Of a stretch of DNA of 64,000 bases, positions 55,754 through 64,000 are shown piece after piece. Numbering within the stretch: position 1 is the first letter of the stretch; every line of letters starts with the position of its first letter. Both the position numbers and the translations under genes were made by a program. The notes beneath the pieces were generated by a model. It was given only the letters and a program-made list of their open reading frames with translations. It made no database searches and was not told the DNA's origin. Source of the stretch: Flavobacteriales bacterium (GTDB lineage: Bacteria; Bacteroidota; Bacteroidia; Flavobacteriales; UBA7430); contig JAQWKY010000112.1 in NCBI GenBank assembly GCA_029247585.1, forward strand, positions 6,235 through 70,234. Reading direction: 5' to 3'.

Positions 55754-56968
55754 ATGTTGTACTATTTATTCACATACTTACACGAGGCATTCAACCTCAC
55801 GGGCGCGGGAGTGTTTCAGTACATTTCTTTCAGAGCCGCTATGGCCGTTATCGTTTCCTTGTTGATTTCGATGATTTTTGGAAAGCGAATCATTCGCATA
55901 CTGGCTCAAAAACAAGTGGGTGAGAGCGTTAGAGATTTGGGCTTAGAGGGTCAAGCTGAGAAGGCAGGGACCCCGACCATGGGTGGAATCATCATTCTCA
56001 GTTCTATTTTAATCCCGACGCTATTGTTTGCCAAGCTCGATAATATCTATGTGGTATTGATGATTATTACAACCCTATGGATGGGGCTAATCGGTTTTCT
56101 TGATGATTACATTAAGGTATTTAAAAAGGACAAAAAAGGTCTGGCGGGAAAGTTTAAGGTTTTAGGTCAGATATCTCTGGGCTTGATTGTAGGTTCGATC
56201 CTTTATTTTCATCCCGATGTGGTGGTTCGAGAACAAGTGTCTATCGTTAACCAAGAAAATCAAGTTGTACTCGTTCAGGAAGATGTGAAGTCAACCAAAA
56301 CGACCATTCCTTTTGTGAAAAATAACGAATTGGATTACTCAGAACTTCTGTCATGGTTGGGAGAAAAGGCTCAAGATTGGGCTTGGTTGATTTTTATCCC
56401 CATGGTGATTTTTATTGTCACTGCGGTTTCGAACGGCGCCAATTTAACCGACGGAATAGACGGTTTAGCTACGGGGACTTCTGCAATTATAGGATTGGTT
56501 TTAGCCATATTCGCTTACGTCTCGGGGAACATCATTTTTGCCGATTATTTGAACATCATGTACATCCCCAATTCGGGTGAACTGGTAATTTTTATTGGTG
56601 CTTTCGTAGGGGCCTGTGTTGGCTTCTTATGGTACAACTCTTATCCCGCTCAAGTTTTCATGGGCGATACAGGGAGCTTGGCCATTGGAGGTATCATTGC
56701 TGTTTTCGCATTAGCCATTCGAAAGGAACTTTTGATTCCCATCGTCTGCGGTATTTTTTTAATAGAAAATTTATCGGTGGTCCTTCAGGTATCTTACTTC
56801 AAGTACACCAAGAAAAAGTACGGAGAAGGGAAACGTATTTTTTTAATGTCTCCCCTTCATCATCACTATCAAAAAGCCGGCTTGCACGAAAGTAAAATTG
56901 TGACTCGCTTTTGGATTGTGGGGATTATGTTGGCCATTTTAAGTTTTGTAACGCTAAAATTACGCTAA
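55754..56968 (+). CDS. mraY: phospho-N-acetylmuramoyl-pentapeptide transferase
   Basis: 404 aa, multi-[33 protein letters not shown] and PLHHHY motifs. Confidence 0.95.
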   Translation: MLYYLFTYLHEAFNLTGAGVFQYISFRAAMAVIVSLLISMIFGKRIIRILAQKQVGESVRDLGLEGQAEKAGTPTMGGIIILSSILIPTLLFAKLDNIYVVLMIITTLWMGLIGFLDDYIKVFKKDKKGLAGKFKVLGQISLGLIVGSILYFHPDVVVREQVSIVNQENQVVLVQEDVKSTKTTIPFVKNNELDYSELLSWLGEKAQDWAWLIFIPMVIFIVTAVSNGANLTDGIDGLATGTSAIIGLVLAIFAYVSGNIIFADYLNIMYIPNSGELVIFIGAFVGACVGFLWYNSYPAQVFMGDTGSLAIGGIIAVFALAIRKELLIPIVCGIFLIENLSVVLQVSYFKYTKKKYGEGKRIFLMSPLHHHYQKAGLHESKIVTRFWIVGIMLAILSFVTLKLR

Positions 56969-56971
56969 ACC

Positions 56972-58288
56972 ATGATTGCTGTTTTAGGTGCCGGAGAAAG
57001 TGGAGTAGGAGCAGCTCTTTTAGCAAAGCAAAAGGGCTATGATGTTTTTGTGAGTGACCTCGGAGTGGTGAAAGATTCTTTTAAAGAAGAATTGAACGAT
57101 AAGGGCATTGATTGGGAAGAGGGTGGACATACGGAGAAGAAAATACTAGCGGCCGAACTACTGATAAAAAGTCCTGGGATTCCAGAGACGAAACTGGTTG
57201 CAAAGGCGCGAGCTAATGGCGTAGAAGTTCTTTCAGAAATTGAATTTGCATCGCGTTTTACGGAAGGTAAAATAATAGCGATTACCGGGAGTAATGGTAA
57301 AACAACAACGGCAACTTTAATCCATCACTTGCTTCAAGGAGCAGGTTTGGATGTAGCCTTAGCTGGAAATATAGGGGATAGTTTTGCCCGATGTTTAGAA
57401 AGAAGTGATCGTGCCTTTTGGGTTTTGGAATTGAGCAGTTTTCAGTTGGATGATGTTCGACACTTTAGACCCTACATTTCAGTACTACTGAATTTCAGTC
57501 CCGATCATTTGGACCGCTACGAAGGAAGTATGGAAAAGTACGTTGCTGCTAAGATGCGAATTGCAGAAAATCAAACCTCTGAAGACCATTTCATTTATTG
57601 GGAAGATGATGAATGGACAAAGAAGAATTTAGAAAAAGTAAAAGCAAACAAAATTCCTTTTGGAACCGTTTCAAAAGCCAAAGGAGCCTATATAGAGGAC
57701 CATCAAATTTGTATTAACATTAACCGAGAGCCGTTAATTATGAGTATACACGAACTAGCATTACAAGGAAAGCACAACTGTTATAATTCTATGGCAGGGG
57801 GGATTGCAGCAAAGTTGTTGGGTATCACTAATGATATTGTACGCGACTGTTTGTCTGATTTTGAAAAAATAGAACATCGATTAGAACCTGTTCTTAAGGT
57901 TTACGGTGTGGAGTACATTAACGACTCTAAGGCAACCAATGTAAACGCAACCTGGTATGCATTAGATTGCATGAAGAAGCCGGTCGTTTGGATTTGTGGA
58001 GGTGTAGATAAAGGGAACGACTACGAGGAACTTCTGTCTATGGTAGATGATAAGGTCAAAGCCATCATCTGTTTAGGGAAGGACAATGCAAAATTGCTGG
58101 AAACATTTGGCGACTTGGTCTCAGACATCCAAGAGGTGGACTCTATGGGAGATGCCGTTAAGGCTGCCTATAAGCTGGCGGATAAAGGAGATGCTGTATT
58201 GTTGTCACCGGCATGTGCTAGCTTCGATTTATTTAACAACTATGAAGATCGTGGACGTCAGTTTAAAAAACAGATAAGATTACTCTAA
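56972..58288 (+). CDS. murD: UDP-N-acetylmuramoylalanine--D-glutamate ligase
   Basis: 438 aa. GAGESG Rossmann start, ITGSNGKTTT, DSKATN, and the SPACASFD end. Confidence 0.95.
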   Translation: MIAVLGAGESGVGAALLAKQKGYDVFVSDLGVVKDSFKEELNDKGIDWEEGGHTEKKILAAELLIKSPGIPETKLVAKARANGVEVLSEIEFASRFTEGKIIAITGSNGKTTTATLIHHLLQGAGLDVALAGNIGDSFARCLERSDRAFWVLELSSFQLDDVRHFRPYISVLLNFSPDHLDRYEGSMEKYVAAKMRIAENQTSEDHFIYWEDDEWTKKNLEKVKANKIPFGTVSKAKGAYIEDHQICININREPLIMSIHELALQGKHNCYNSMAGGIAAKLLGITNDIVRDCLSDFEKIEHRLEPVLKVYGVEYINDSKATNVNATWYALDCMKKPVVWICGGVDKGNDYEELLSMVDDKVKAIICLGKDNAKLLETFGDLVSDIQEVDSMGDAVKAAYKLADKGDAVLLSPACASFDLFNNYEDRGRQFKKQIRLL

Positions 58289-58291
58289 GCG

Positions 58292-59440
58292 TTGAAATGG
58301 GTTAATTACATAAAGGGGGACAAGTACATTTGGGCGATAGCCATATTGCTTTCATTGGTATCTATAGTTCTGGTGTACAGTTCTAGCAGTCATTTGGCTT
58401 TTGCTTTCAAACAAGGGAATACCTTCTCTTTTTTGGTCAAGCATTTGATTCATTTGGGGATCGGGTTTTTTATCATGTGGACCTTATCTCGAATACCCTT
58501 TAAATACTTTTACAACAGTTCGATTCTTATATTTGGTTTGGCCCTCATTTTGGTTTTTTGGGCGATGAGTGGTGGCGAGACTATTGGAGGTGCGAATGCC
58601 AGCCGATGGATTCGCATTGCCGGATTTACCTTTCAGCCTTCCGAGTTGGCCAAACTTGCTCTCTTTGTTTTGCTCGCTAGGAATCTCGTTCACTATAGAG
58701 ATAAATTACACTCTTTCAAGAAGTCTTTTTTTCCCATTTTAGGGCCTGTCATATTGATTTGTACTTTGATATTGCCCTCAAACTTTTCAACCGCAGCCAT
58801 CATATTTATGATCAGTTTCCTGATTATGTTCGTTGGAAGGTATTCATTAAAGTCCCTAGGGGCGATGATTCTGATTGGACTTGTTTCTTTGGGCTTGTTC
58901 TATGCGACCGTCACTAAATTCCCAAACATCAGTAACCGAGTGGGTACTTGGAAGGCGAGAATCGAGTCTTTCACCGATAAAAGTAGTGAGGGCAACTACC
59001 AAGTAAATCACGCAAAAACAGCCATAGCTAGAGGTGGCTTATGGGGGAAAGGCCCGGGGAAAAGTGTTCAGAAGTACTTTTTACCTCAATCTTCTTCCGA
59101 CTTCATATTTGCCGTAATCGTTGAAGAGTATGGAGTTGTTGGTGGTTTCTTTGTCATTGTCTTGTACTTGTTACTCTTATTTAGAATACTCAGAATAGCG
59201 CGTAAATCCGATGATGATTTTGCCATGCTGATGACCATAGGTTTGGGCTTTTCAATTGTGTCTCAAGCCTTCATTAATATGTCTGTAGCTGTTAATCTTC
59301 TTCCTGTAACAGGTCAAACTTTGCCCTTGATAAGTGCAGGGGGCTCATCGGTATGGATGACCTGTGCGGCCATAGGTTTGATTTTGAGCATCAGCAATAG
59401 CATCGTTTCACCTTCAGAAAGCTTAGGTTATGAAAAATAA
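58292..59440 (+). CDS. ftsW: SEDS-family peptidoglycan glycosyltransferase FtsW
   Basis: 382 aa with 10 TM. QPSELAK, SDFIFAVIVEE and LPLISAGGSS motifs. The TTG start is inferred. Confidence 0.9.
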   Translation: MKWVNYIKGDKYIWAIAILLSLVSIVLVYSSSSHLAFAFKQGNTFSFLVKHLIHLGIGFFIMWTLSRIPFKYFYNSSILIFGLALILVFWAMSGGETIGGANASRWIRIAGFTFQPSELAKLALFVLLARNLVHYRDKLHSFKKSFFPILGPVILICTLILPSNFSTAAIIFMISFLIMFVGRYSLKSLGAMILIGLVSLGLFYATVTKFPNISNRVGTWKARIESFTDKSSEGNYQVNHAKTAIARGGLWGKGPGKSVQKYFLPQSSSDFIFAVIVEEYGVVGGFFVIVLYLLLLFRILRIARKSDDDFAMLMTIGLGFSIVSQAFINMSVAVNLLPVTGQTLPLISAGGSSVWMTCAAIGLILSISNSIVSPSESLGYEK

Positions 59441-60527
59441 GCGATACTTAATAAGTGGAGGTGGAACTGGAGGGCACATTTTCCCGGCACTAGCCATTGC
59501 AAAGGAAATTGAGAGGCGCGATTCAGAAAGTGAGTTCCTTTTTGTAGGCGCGTCTGACCGGATGGAAATGCAGAAAATCCCTGCGGCCGGATATTCGGTT
59601 AAGGGTTTGTGGATTTCAGGATTTCAAAGAGCAAACCTACTTAAAAATTTATCCATTCCCTTCAAGCTTATCTTTAGCCTGCTGCAATCTTTCGCCATCC
59701 TACTTCGCTTCAAACCTAAGGTAGTTATAGGTACGGGAGGTTATGCGAGTGGGCCTATATTATGGGTAGCTTCTTTGCTGAATGTTCCTACAGTCATTCA
59801 AGAACAAAATTCTTATCCAGGAATCACAAACAAAATTTTAGCTTCGAAAGTGAGTCGAATCTGCGTGGCCTATCCAAATTTAGAACGGTTTTTCCCGAAA
59901 GGTAAAATTCAGATCACGGGGAATCCGATACGTGCCGAAATAGAGTCTGGTGTCTATGACAGATCGGAAGTTTTTGCGTCTTATGGATTAGATGTCGACA
60001 AACCTTTGGTTTTAGTTGTTGGAGGCAGTTTAGGCTCGAAGCGAATTAACGAAACCGTTCTGGAGCATATCTCATGGTTCCAAGACAAGGGGGTACAGCT
60101 GATTTGGCAAACCGGTGCTTTGTACTATGATCGATGTAAGTCTGCTCAAGATGTGTTGGGAGATATAGGTCATATTAAAGATTTTTTAACAGACATGGGG
60201 GCTGTTTTAACGGCTGCCGACGTGGTCATTTCAAGAGCAGGAGCTATTGCGCTATCTGAGTTGTGTGCCCTGGGTAAAGCATCCATTCTTGTTCCATCTC
60301 CAAATGTGGCTGAAGACCATCAAAAGAAAAATGCCATGGCGCTTTCGGATCATGATGCCGCATTGCTGGTTGAGGAGAAGCATATGAATACGGAGCTCTT
60401 TGAGGCTCTAAATGCTTTGGTTTTCGACAAGGAAAAGCAGTCGGAATTAGCCGAAAATTGCAAAAAGATGCATCGCCCAAAAGCTGCAGAAAGGCTTGTG
60501 GATATTATTGAAGAACTTACACTATGA
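59430..60527 (+). CDS. murG: undecaprenyldiphospho-muramoylpentapeptide beta-N-acetylglucosaminyltransferase
   Basis: 365 aa. GGGTGGHIFPALA, GGYASGP, EQNSYPG and SRAGAIALSEL motifs. Confidence 0.95.
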   Translation: MKNKRYLISGGGTGGHIFPALAIAKEIERRDSESEFLFVGASDRMEMQKIPAAGYSVKGLWISGFQRANLLKNLSIPFKLIFSLLQSFAILLRFKPKVVIGTGGYASGPILWVASLLNVPTVIQEQNSYPGITNKILASKVSRICVAYPNLERFFPKGKIQITGNPIRAEIESGVYDRSEVFASYGLDVDKPLVLVVGGSLGSKRINETVLEHISWFQDKGVQLIWQTGALYYDRCKSAQDVLGDIGHIKDFLTDMGAVLTAADVVISRAGAIALSELCALGKASILVPSPNVAEDHQKKNAMALSDHDAALLVEEKHMNTELFEALNALVFDKEKQSELAENCKKMHRPKAAERLVDIIEELTL

Positions 60528-61870
60528 TTAGCTTGGATCACATAAAGTACGTTTACTTTCTCGGTATTGGTGGGATAGGTATGAGTGCTCTGGCTCGATA
60601 TTTTTTGGCCCATCAGAAAGGCGTAGCCGGTTACGATCGGAATTCTTCTGACTTAAGCCGCTCACTAGCGCTTGCCTCCTGTGAAATTACTTATGAAGAT
60701 GATCCAAAGACCATTCCTAATGTTTTCGCAGATAAAAAGAAGGTCTTGGTTGTGTATACGCCTGCCATTCCTAATACCAATAAGCTCTTGAGTTATTTTC
60801 AGACAGAAGGGTACTCACTTTGTAAGCGTTCTGAAATTTTAGGAGCCATCACACGTGATATGCAGTGTTTGGCTGTGGCTGGAACGCATGGAAAGACAAC
60901 CATATCGAGTTTACTCGCCTATATTCTGAGCGATAATAAGGTCGATTGCACCGCCTTTTTGGGAGGAGTTGCGACTAATTTTGAATCCAATTTGAGAATT
61001 GGTTCTGAAGACATTGCGGTTGTAGAGGCCGATGAGTTTGACCGCTCTTTCTTGAGGCTTTCTCCCAATTGGGCTGTAATAAGTTCTATGGATGCTGATC
61101 ATTTAGACATTTACGGAACGGCAGAGCATCTTGAGGAGTCATTTCAAATGTTCTCGGAGCAGGTAAAGGGAGGAGAGGTAATTGCTAAAGAAGGATTAAA
61201 GATATCATCTAAGTACACCTATGCTTTAGATTCTTATACTGCAGACTTTTCGGCCACAGGAATCCATGTGAGATCGGGGAGCTACTGTTTTGATTTAAGA
61301 CATCCGGAGGGTATTTGTCGACAAGTAATTACCGGCCTACCTGGTATACATAATGTAGAAAATGCATTGGCAGCTTTCGCAATGGCCTATTTTCAGAAAG
61401 TCCCTGTGAGTGGAATACTTGAGTCGATAAGATCTTTTTCGGGTGTGAAAAGACGTTTTGAGTACCATGTGAAAACCCCTCAGAAGGTATACATTGATGA
61501 TTATGCGCACCATCCTAAAGAGATTCAGGTAGCTATTCGTTCGGTTAGGGATTTATTTCCCAAACGGAAGTTGACGGTAATTTTCCAACCTCATCTCTTC
61601 ACTAGAACACGTGATTTTATGGAGGATTTTGCACGTGAATTGTCCTTAGCGGATCAAGTTATTCTGTTGGATATATACCCCGCTAGAGAGTTGCCTATCT
61701 CAGGAGTGAATTCGGCGGTCTTGTTGGGTAAAATCACTTGCCAAGACAAAGTCTTGTGTTCAAAGTCAGAAATCCCGGATGCTTTACCCGAAACAGACGT
61801 GTTAATGACCTTGGGAGCAGGCGACATTGACACTTTAATTGAACCTATAAAAATTCATTTATCCTCGTGA
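60524..61870 (+). CDS. murC: UDP-N-acetylmuramate--L-alanine ligase
   Basis: 448 aa. FLGIGGIGMSALA, AGTHGKTT, DDYAHHP and FQPHLFTRTRD motifs. Confidence 0.95.
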   Translation: MISLDHIKYVYFLGIGGIGMSALARYFLAHQKGVAGYDRNSSDLSRSLALASCEITYEDDPKTIPNVFADKKKVLVVYTPAIPNTNKLLSYFQTEGYSLCKRSEILGAITRDMQCLAVAGTHGKTTISSLLAYILSDNKVDCTAFLGGVATNFESNLRIGSEDIAVVEADEFDRSFLRLSPNWAVISSMDADHLDIYGTAEHLEESFQMFSEQVKGGEVIAKEGLKISSKYTYALDSYTADFSATGIHVRSGSYCFDLRHPEGICRQVITGLPGIHNVENALAAFAMAYFQKVPVSGILESIRSFSGVKRRFEYHVKTPQKVYIDDYAHHPKEIQVAIRSVRDLFPKRKLTVIFQPHLFTRTRDFMEDFARELSLADQVILLDIYPARELPISGVNSAVLLGKITCQDKVLCSKSEIPDALPETDVLMTLGAGDIDTLIEPIKIHLSS

Positions 61871-62595
61871 GAAAGTTTTTGCGCATAAGCTTTGTATTGC
61901 TATTACTTGTTGTTCTGTCTTTTTTGACTTGGACAAATCGATTAAGCTATAATGATGTTACGTGTGAAAATCTTGAAATACAGGTGGATACAGAGGATGA
62001 TTTGTTCTTTGTAAATGCAGGAATGGTTGAGAATATGTTGAAGGAGAAAGAAGATTCCATCCTGGGGAAACGCTATCAAGATATAAACATTTACTTGTTA
62101 GAAGAATTCCTTGACGCTCATCCTAATGTTAAGAAAGCAGAACTATATTTAACTATCAATGGTGATTTGTGTGTAGACCTCAAGCAGCGTAAGCCTTTGG
62201 TTCGAATTTTTCAACAGGATGATTCGTATTATTTGGATGAAGATTTTGAGCGCTTTTCATTATCAGATAGATACAGCGCTCGAGTGCTGCAAGTGTATTG
62301 GTCAGAAATGACAGAGGCTCGAAAAGAAACGCTTGATTCATTGATGAAACTCATTGCTGAGGACGCTTTTTTGAAAGCACAAATCACGGCAGTAGTCTTT
62401 GATGAGAACAACGAAATTATTGTCTACCCAAGAATGGGAAATCATAAAATTATCGTTGGGGAAGCTCGAGACTTAGAAAAGAAATTTGAGAATCTGAAAG
62501 TTTTTTACAAACGCGGATTAGAAAAAGTAGGTTGGGACAGATACAGTCAGATAAATCTGAAATTTGAGAACCAAGTGGTCTGTACAAAAAGATAG
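61867..62595 (+). CDS. ftsQ: cell division protein FtsQ
   Basis: 242 aa. N-terminal TM, POTRA-like region, and position between murC and ftsA. GTG start overlapping the murC stop. Confidence 0.75.
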   Translation: MRKFLRISFVLLLLVVLSFLTWTNRLSYNDVTCENLEIQVDTEDDLFFVNAGMVENMLKEKEDSILGKRYQDINIYLLEEFLDAHPNVKKAELYLTINGDLCVDLKQRKPLVRIFQQDDSYYLDEDFERFSLSDRYSARVLQVYWSEMTEARKETLDSLMKLIAEDAFLKAQITAVVFDENNEIIVYPRMGNHKIIVGEARDLEKKFENLKVFYKRGLEKVGWDRYSQINLKFENQVVCTKR

Positions 62596-62599
62596 CGAA

Positions 62600-63961
62600 A
62601 TGGAGCAAGGAGAAATTGCCATAGGATTAGACATTGGAACAACAAAAATTGTTGCCATAGTAGGTCGTAATAATGAATATGGGAAAATAGAAATCTTGGG
62701 ATTTGGTAAAGCAAAGTCCTTGGGTGTTCAGCGTGGAGTTGTTTCAAACATCACCCAAACTATTGAGTCCATTCAGCATGCTGTTAAAGAAGCTGAAGCA
62801 GACTCAAACCTGAGCTTGAAACATTGTGTGGTAGGTATTGCAGGGCAACATATTCGTTCTCTTCAGCACAGTGATTATATCTTAAGAGAGGATGCGCAAG
62901 AGGTGATCACTCAGCAAGACATTGATAAGCTGGTTGAAAATGTGCACAAATTAGTGATGCTTCCTGGTGAGGAAATTATTCATGTACTCCCTCAAGAATA
63001 TAAAATTGATGGAGAGCCCAATATTCATGAGCCCATAGGTATGTTAGGTCGTAGATTAGAAGCGAATCTTCACATAGTAGTAGGTCAAAAAGCAGCCATT
63101 GGCAATATTTTCTCCTGCGTTAAAAAGTCCGAATTGGAAGTTTCGGGCATAACATTAGAACCCTTGGCCTCTGCAGAAGCGGTATTGAGTGATGAAGAAA
63201 AAGAGGCGGGTGTGTGTTTGGTAGATATTGGTGGATGTACTACCGATGTAGCCATTTTCAAAGACGGTATCATACGACACACGGCTGTAATTCCATTCGG
63301 AGGGAATGTAATCTCCGAGGATATCAAAGAAGGTTGTTCCATTATAGAAAAACAGTCGGAGCTCTTAAAAATGAAATTTGGATCCGCTTGGCCGGGTGAA
63401 AACAGTGAAAATGAAATTGTTTCTATACCAGGTTTAAGAGGTAGAGAACCGAAAGAAATTTCATTAAAAATGCTGTCTAAAATTATTCATGCCCGTTTGG
63501 TAGAGATTATAGATCAAGTCTATGTAGAGGTAAAGAACTATGGGCATGAGGAAGGGAAAAAGAAGTTAATTGCTGGTATTGTTTTAACGGGAGGTGGATC
63601 GCAGTTGAAGCATATTAAGCAGTTGTTTGAATATGAAACAGGAATGGATACACGCGTAGGGTTTCCGAACGAGCATCTGGCAAAAGGAGCTCGTCCAGAA
63701 TTGGAAAGTCCTATGTATGCTACGGCGATTGGGCTGGTGATGAAAGGCGTGGAACTCAATGAGAAAAACCCACAAATTCCACAGGCTGTGGAGGTGGATG
63801 AAGTTGCAAGCCCAATCAACCAACCTATAGATCAGGTTGAGGTGAAAGCATCACCAAGTTCAGTATCGAGTACTGTTAGTGAATCCGAAGAAAATCCTAA
63901 GGAATCCTTCTTTGATAAGTGGGTGAAAGGGTTTATGAATTTTTTAGCCAATGAAGATTAA
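62600..63961 (+). CDS. ftsA: cell division protein FtsA
   Basis: The start at MEQGEIAIGLDIGTTKIVAIVG (actin-like phosphate-1 motif) avoids overlap with ftsQ. Also VDIGGCTTD and LTGGGSQL motifs. Confidence 0.95.
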   Translation: MEQGEIAIGLDIGTTKIVAIVGRNNEYGKIEILGFGKAKSLGVQRGVVSNITQTIESIQHAVKEAEADSNLSLKHCVVGIAGQHIRSLQHSDYILREDAQEVITQQDIDKLVENVHKLVMLPGEEIIHVLPQEYKIDGEPNIHEPIGMLGRRLEANLHIVVGQKAAIGNIFSCVKKSELEVSGITLEPLASAEAVLSDEEKEAGVCLVDIGGCTTDVAIFKDGIIRHTAVIPFGGNVISEDIKEGCSIIEKQSELLKMKFGSAWPGENSENEIVSIPGLRGREPKEISLKMLSKIIHARLVEIIDQVYVEVKNYGHEEGKKKLIAGIVLTGGGSQLKHIKQLFEYETGMDTRVGFPNEHLAKGARPELESPMYATAIGLVMKGVELNEKNPQIPQAVEVDEVASPINQPIDQVEVKASPSSVSSTVSESEENPKESFFDKWVKGFMNFLANED

Positions 63962-63979
63962 TATGCAAATACCTAAGTT

Positions 63980-64000
63980 ATGGCGGATTTAGATTTTGAC
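63980..64000 (+). CDS. ftsZ: probable 5' end of ftsZ (truncated by the window edge)
   Basis: An ATG 19 nt after the ftsA stop opens MADLDFD. Only 7 codons are visible, so the call rests on dcw gene order alone. Confidence 0.3.

Overview
This window looks like chromosomal DNA from a Bacteroidota (Flavobacteriia-like) genome. The evidence is a 2398-aa SprA (the T9SS translocon), two downstream genes with T9SS C-terminal sorting domains, and several TAnnTTTG -7 promoter boxes. The dcw cluster also has the Bacteroidota layout without murF/ddl: mraZ-rsmH-ftsL-ftsI-murE-mraY-murD-ftsW-murG-murC-ftsQ-ftsA-[ftsZ start]. Most of the 64 kb is tightly packed housekeeping. It includes purE, hpt, adk, obg, a PAP2 phosphatase, crcB, a PafA-like phosphatase, an O-methyltransferase, and M16 and zinc metalloproteases. 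It also holds a MarR-headed beta-oxidation operon plus fadD, recG, ruvA-sprA, pheT-clpX-folK, an OmpA/TSP3 protein, a TrmH-family methyltransferase, mutS, tRNA-Gly(GCC), tRNA-Leu(UAA), engB and a hydrolase. The one clearly accessory stretch runs from about 41.35 to 48.93 kb, between tRNA-Leu and engB. Most of it is visibly AT-rich. It is cut into three segments by three copies of the tRNA-Leu 3' flank with its GNRA-loop terminator, and it has no integrase. It encodes a secreted DUF1566-like protein, two polyprenyl-phosphate-sugar synthase-type GT2 enzymes and three multi-pass GT-C-like membrane proteins. I read this as two or three extracytoplasmic glycosylation modules with an unknown target, and it is the best candidate for something undescribed here. 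A roughly 95-nt conserved element plus terminator sits upstream of both plus-strand GT-C genes. Smaller observations are a phased triple GTGGTA MraZ-box operator, a heptanucleotide tandem array, a long palindrome at the MarR/fad promoter, a T9SS-exported thioredoxin-fold protein next to sprA, and a possible frameshifted small secreted protein. All calls come from reading the sequence and ORF translations by eye. No searches or folding programs were run.
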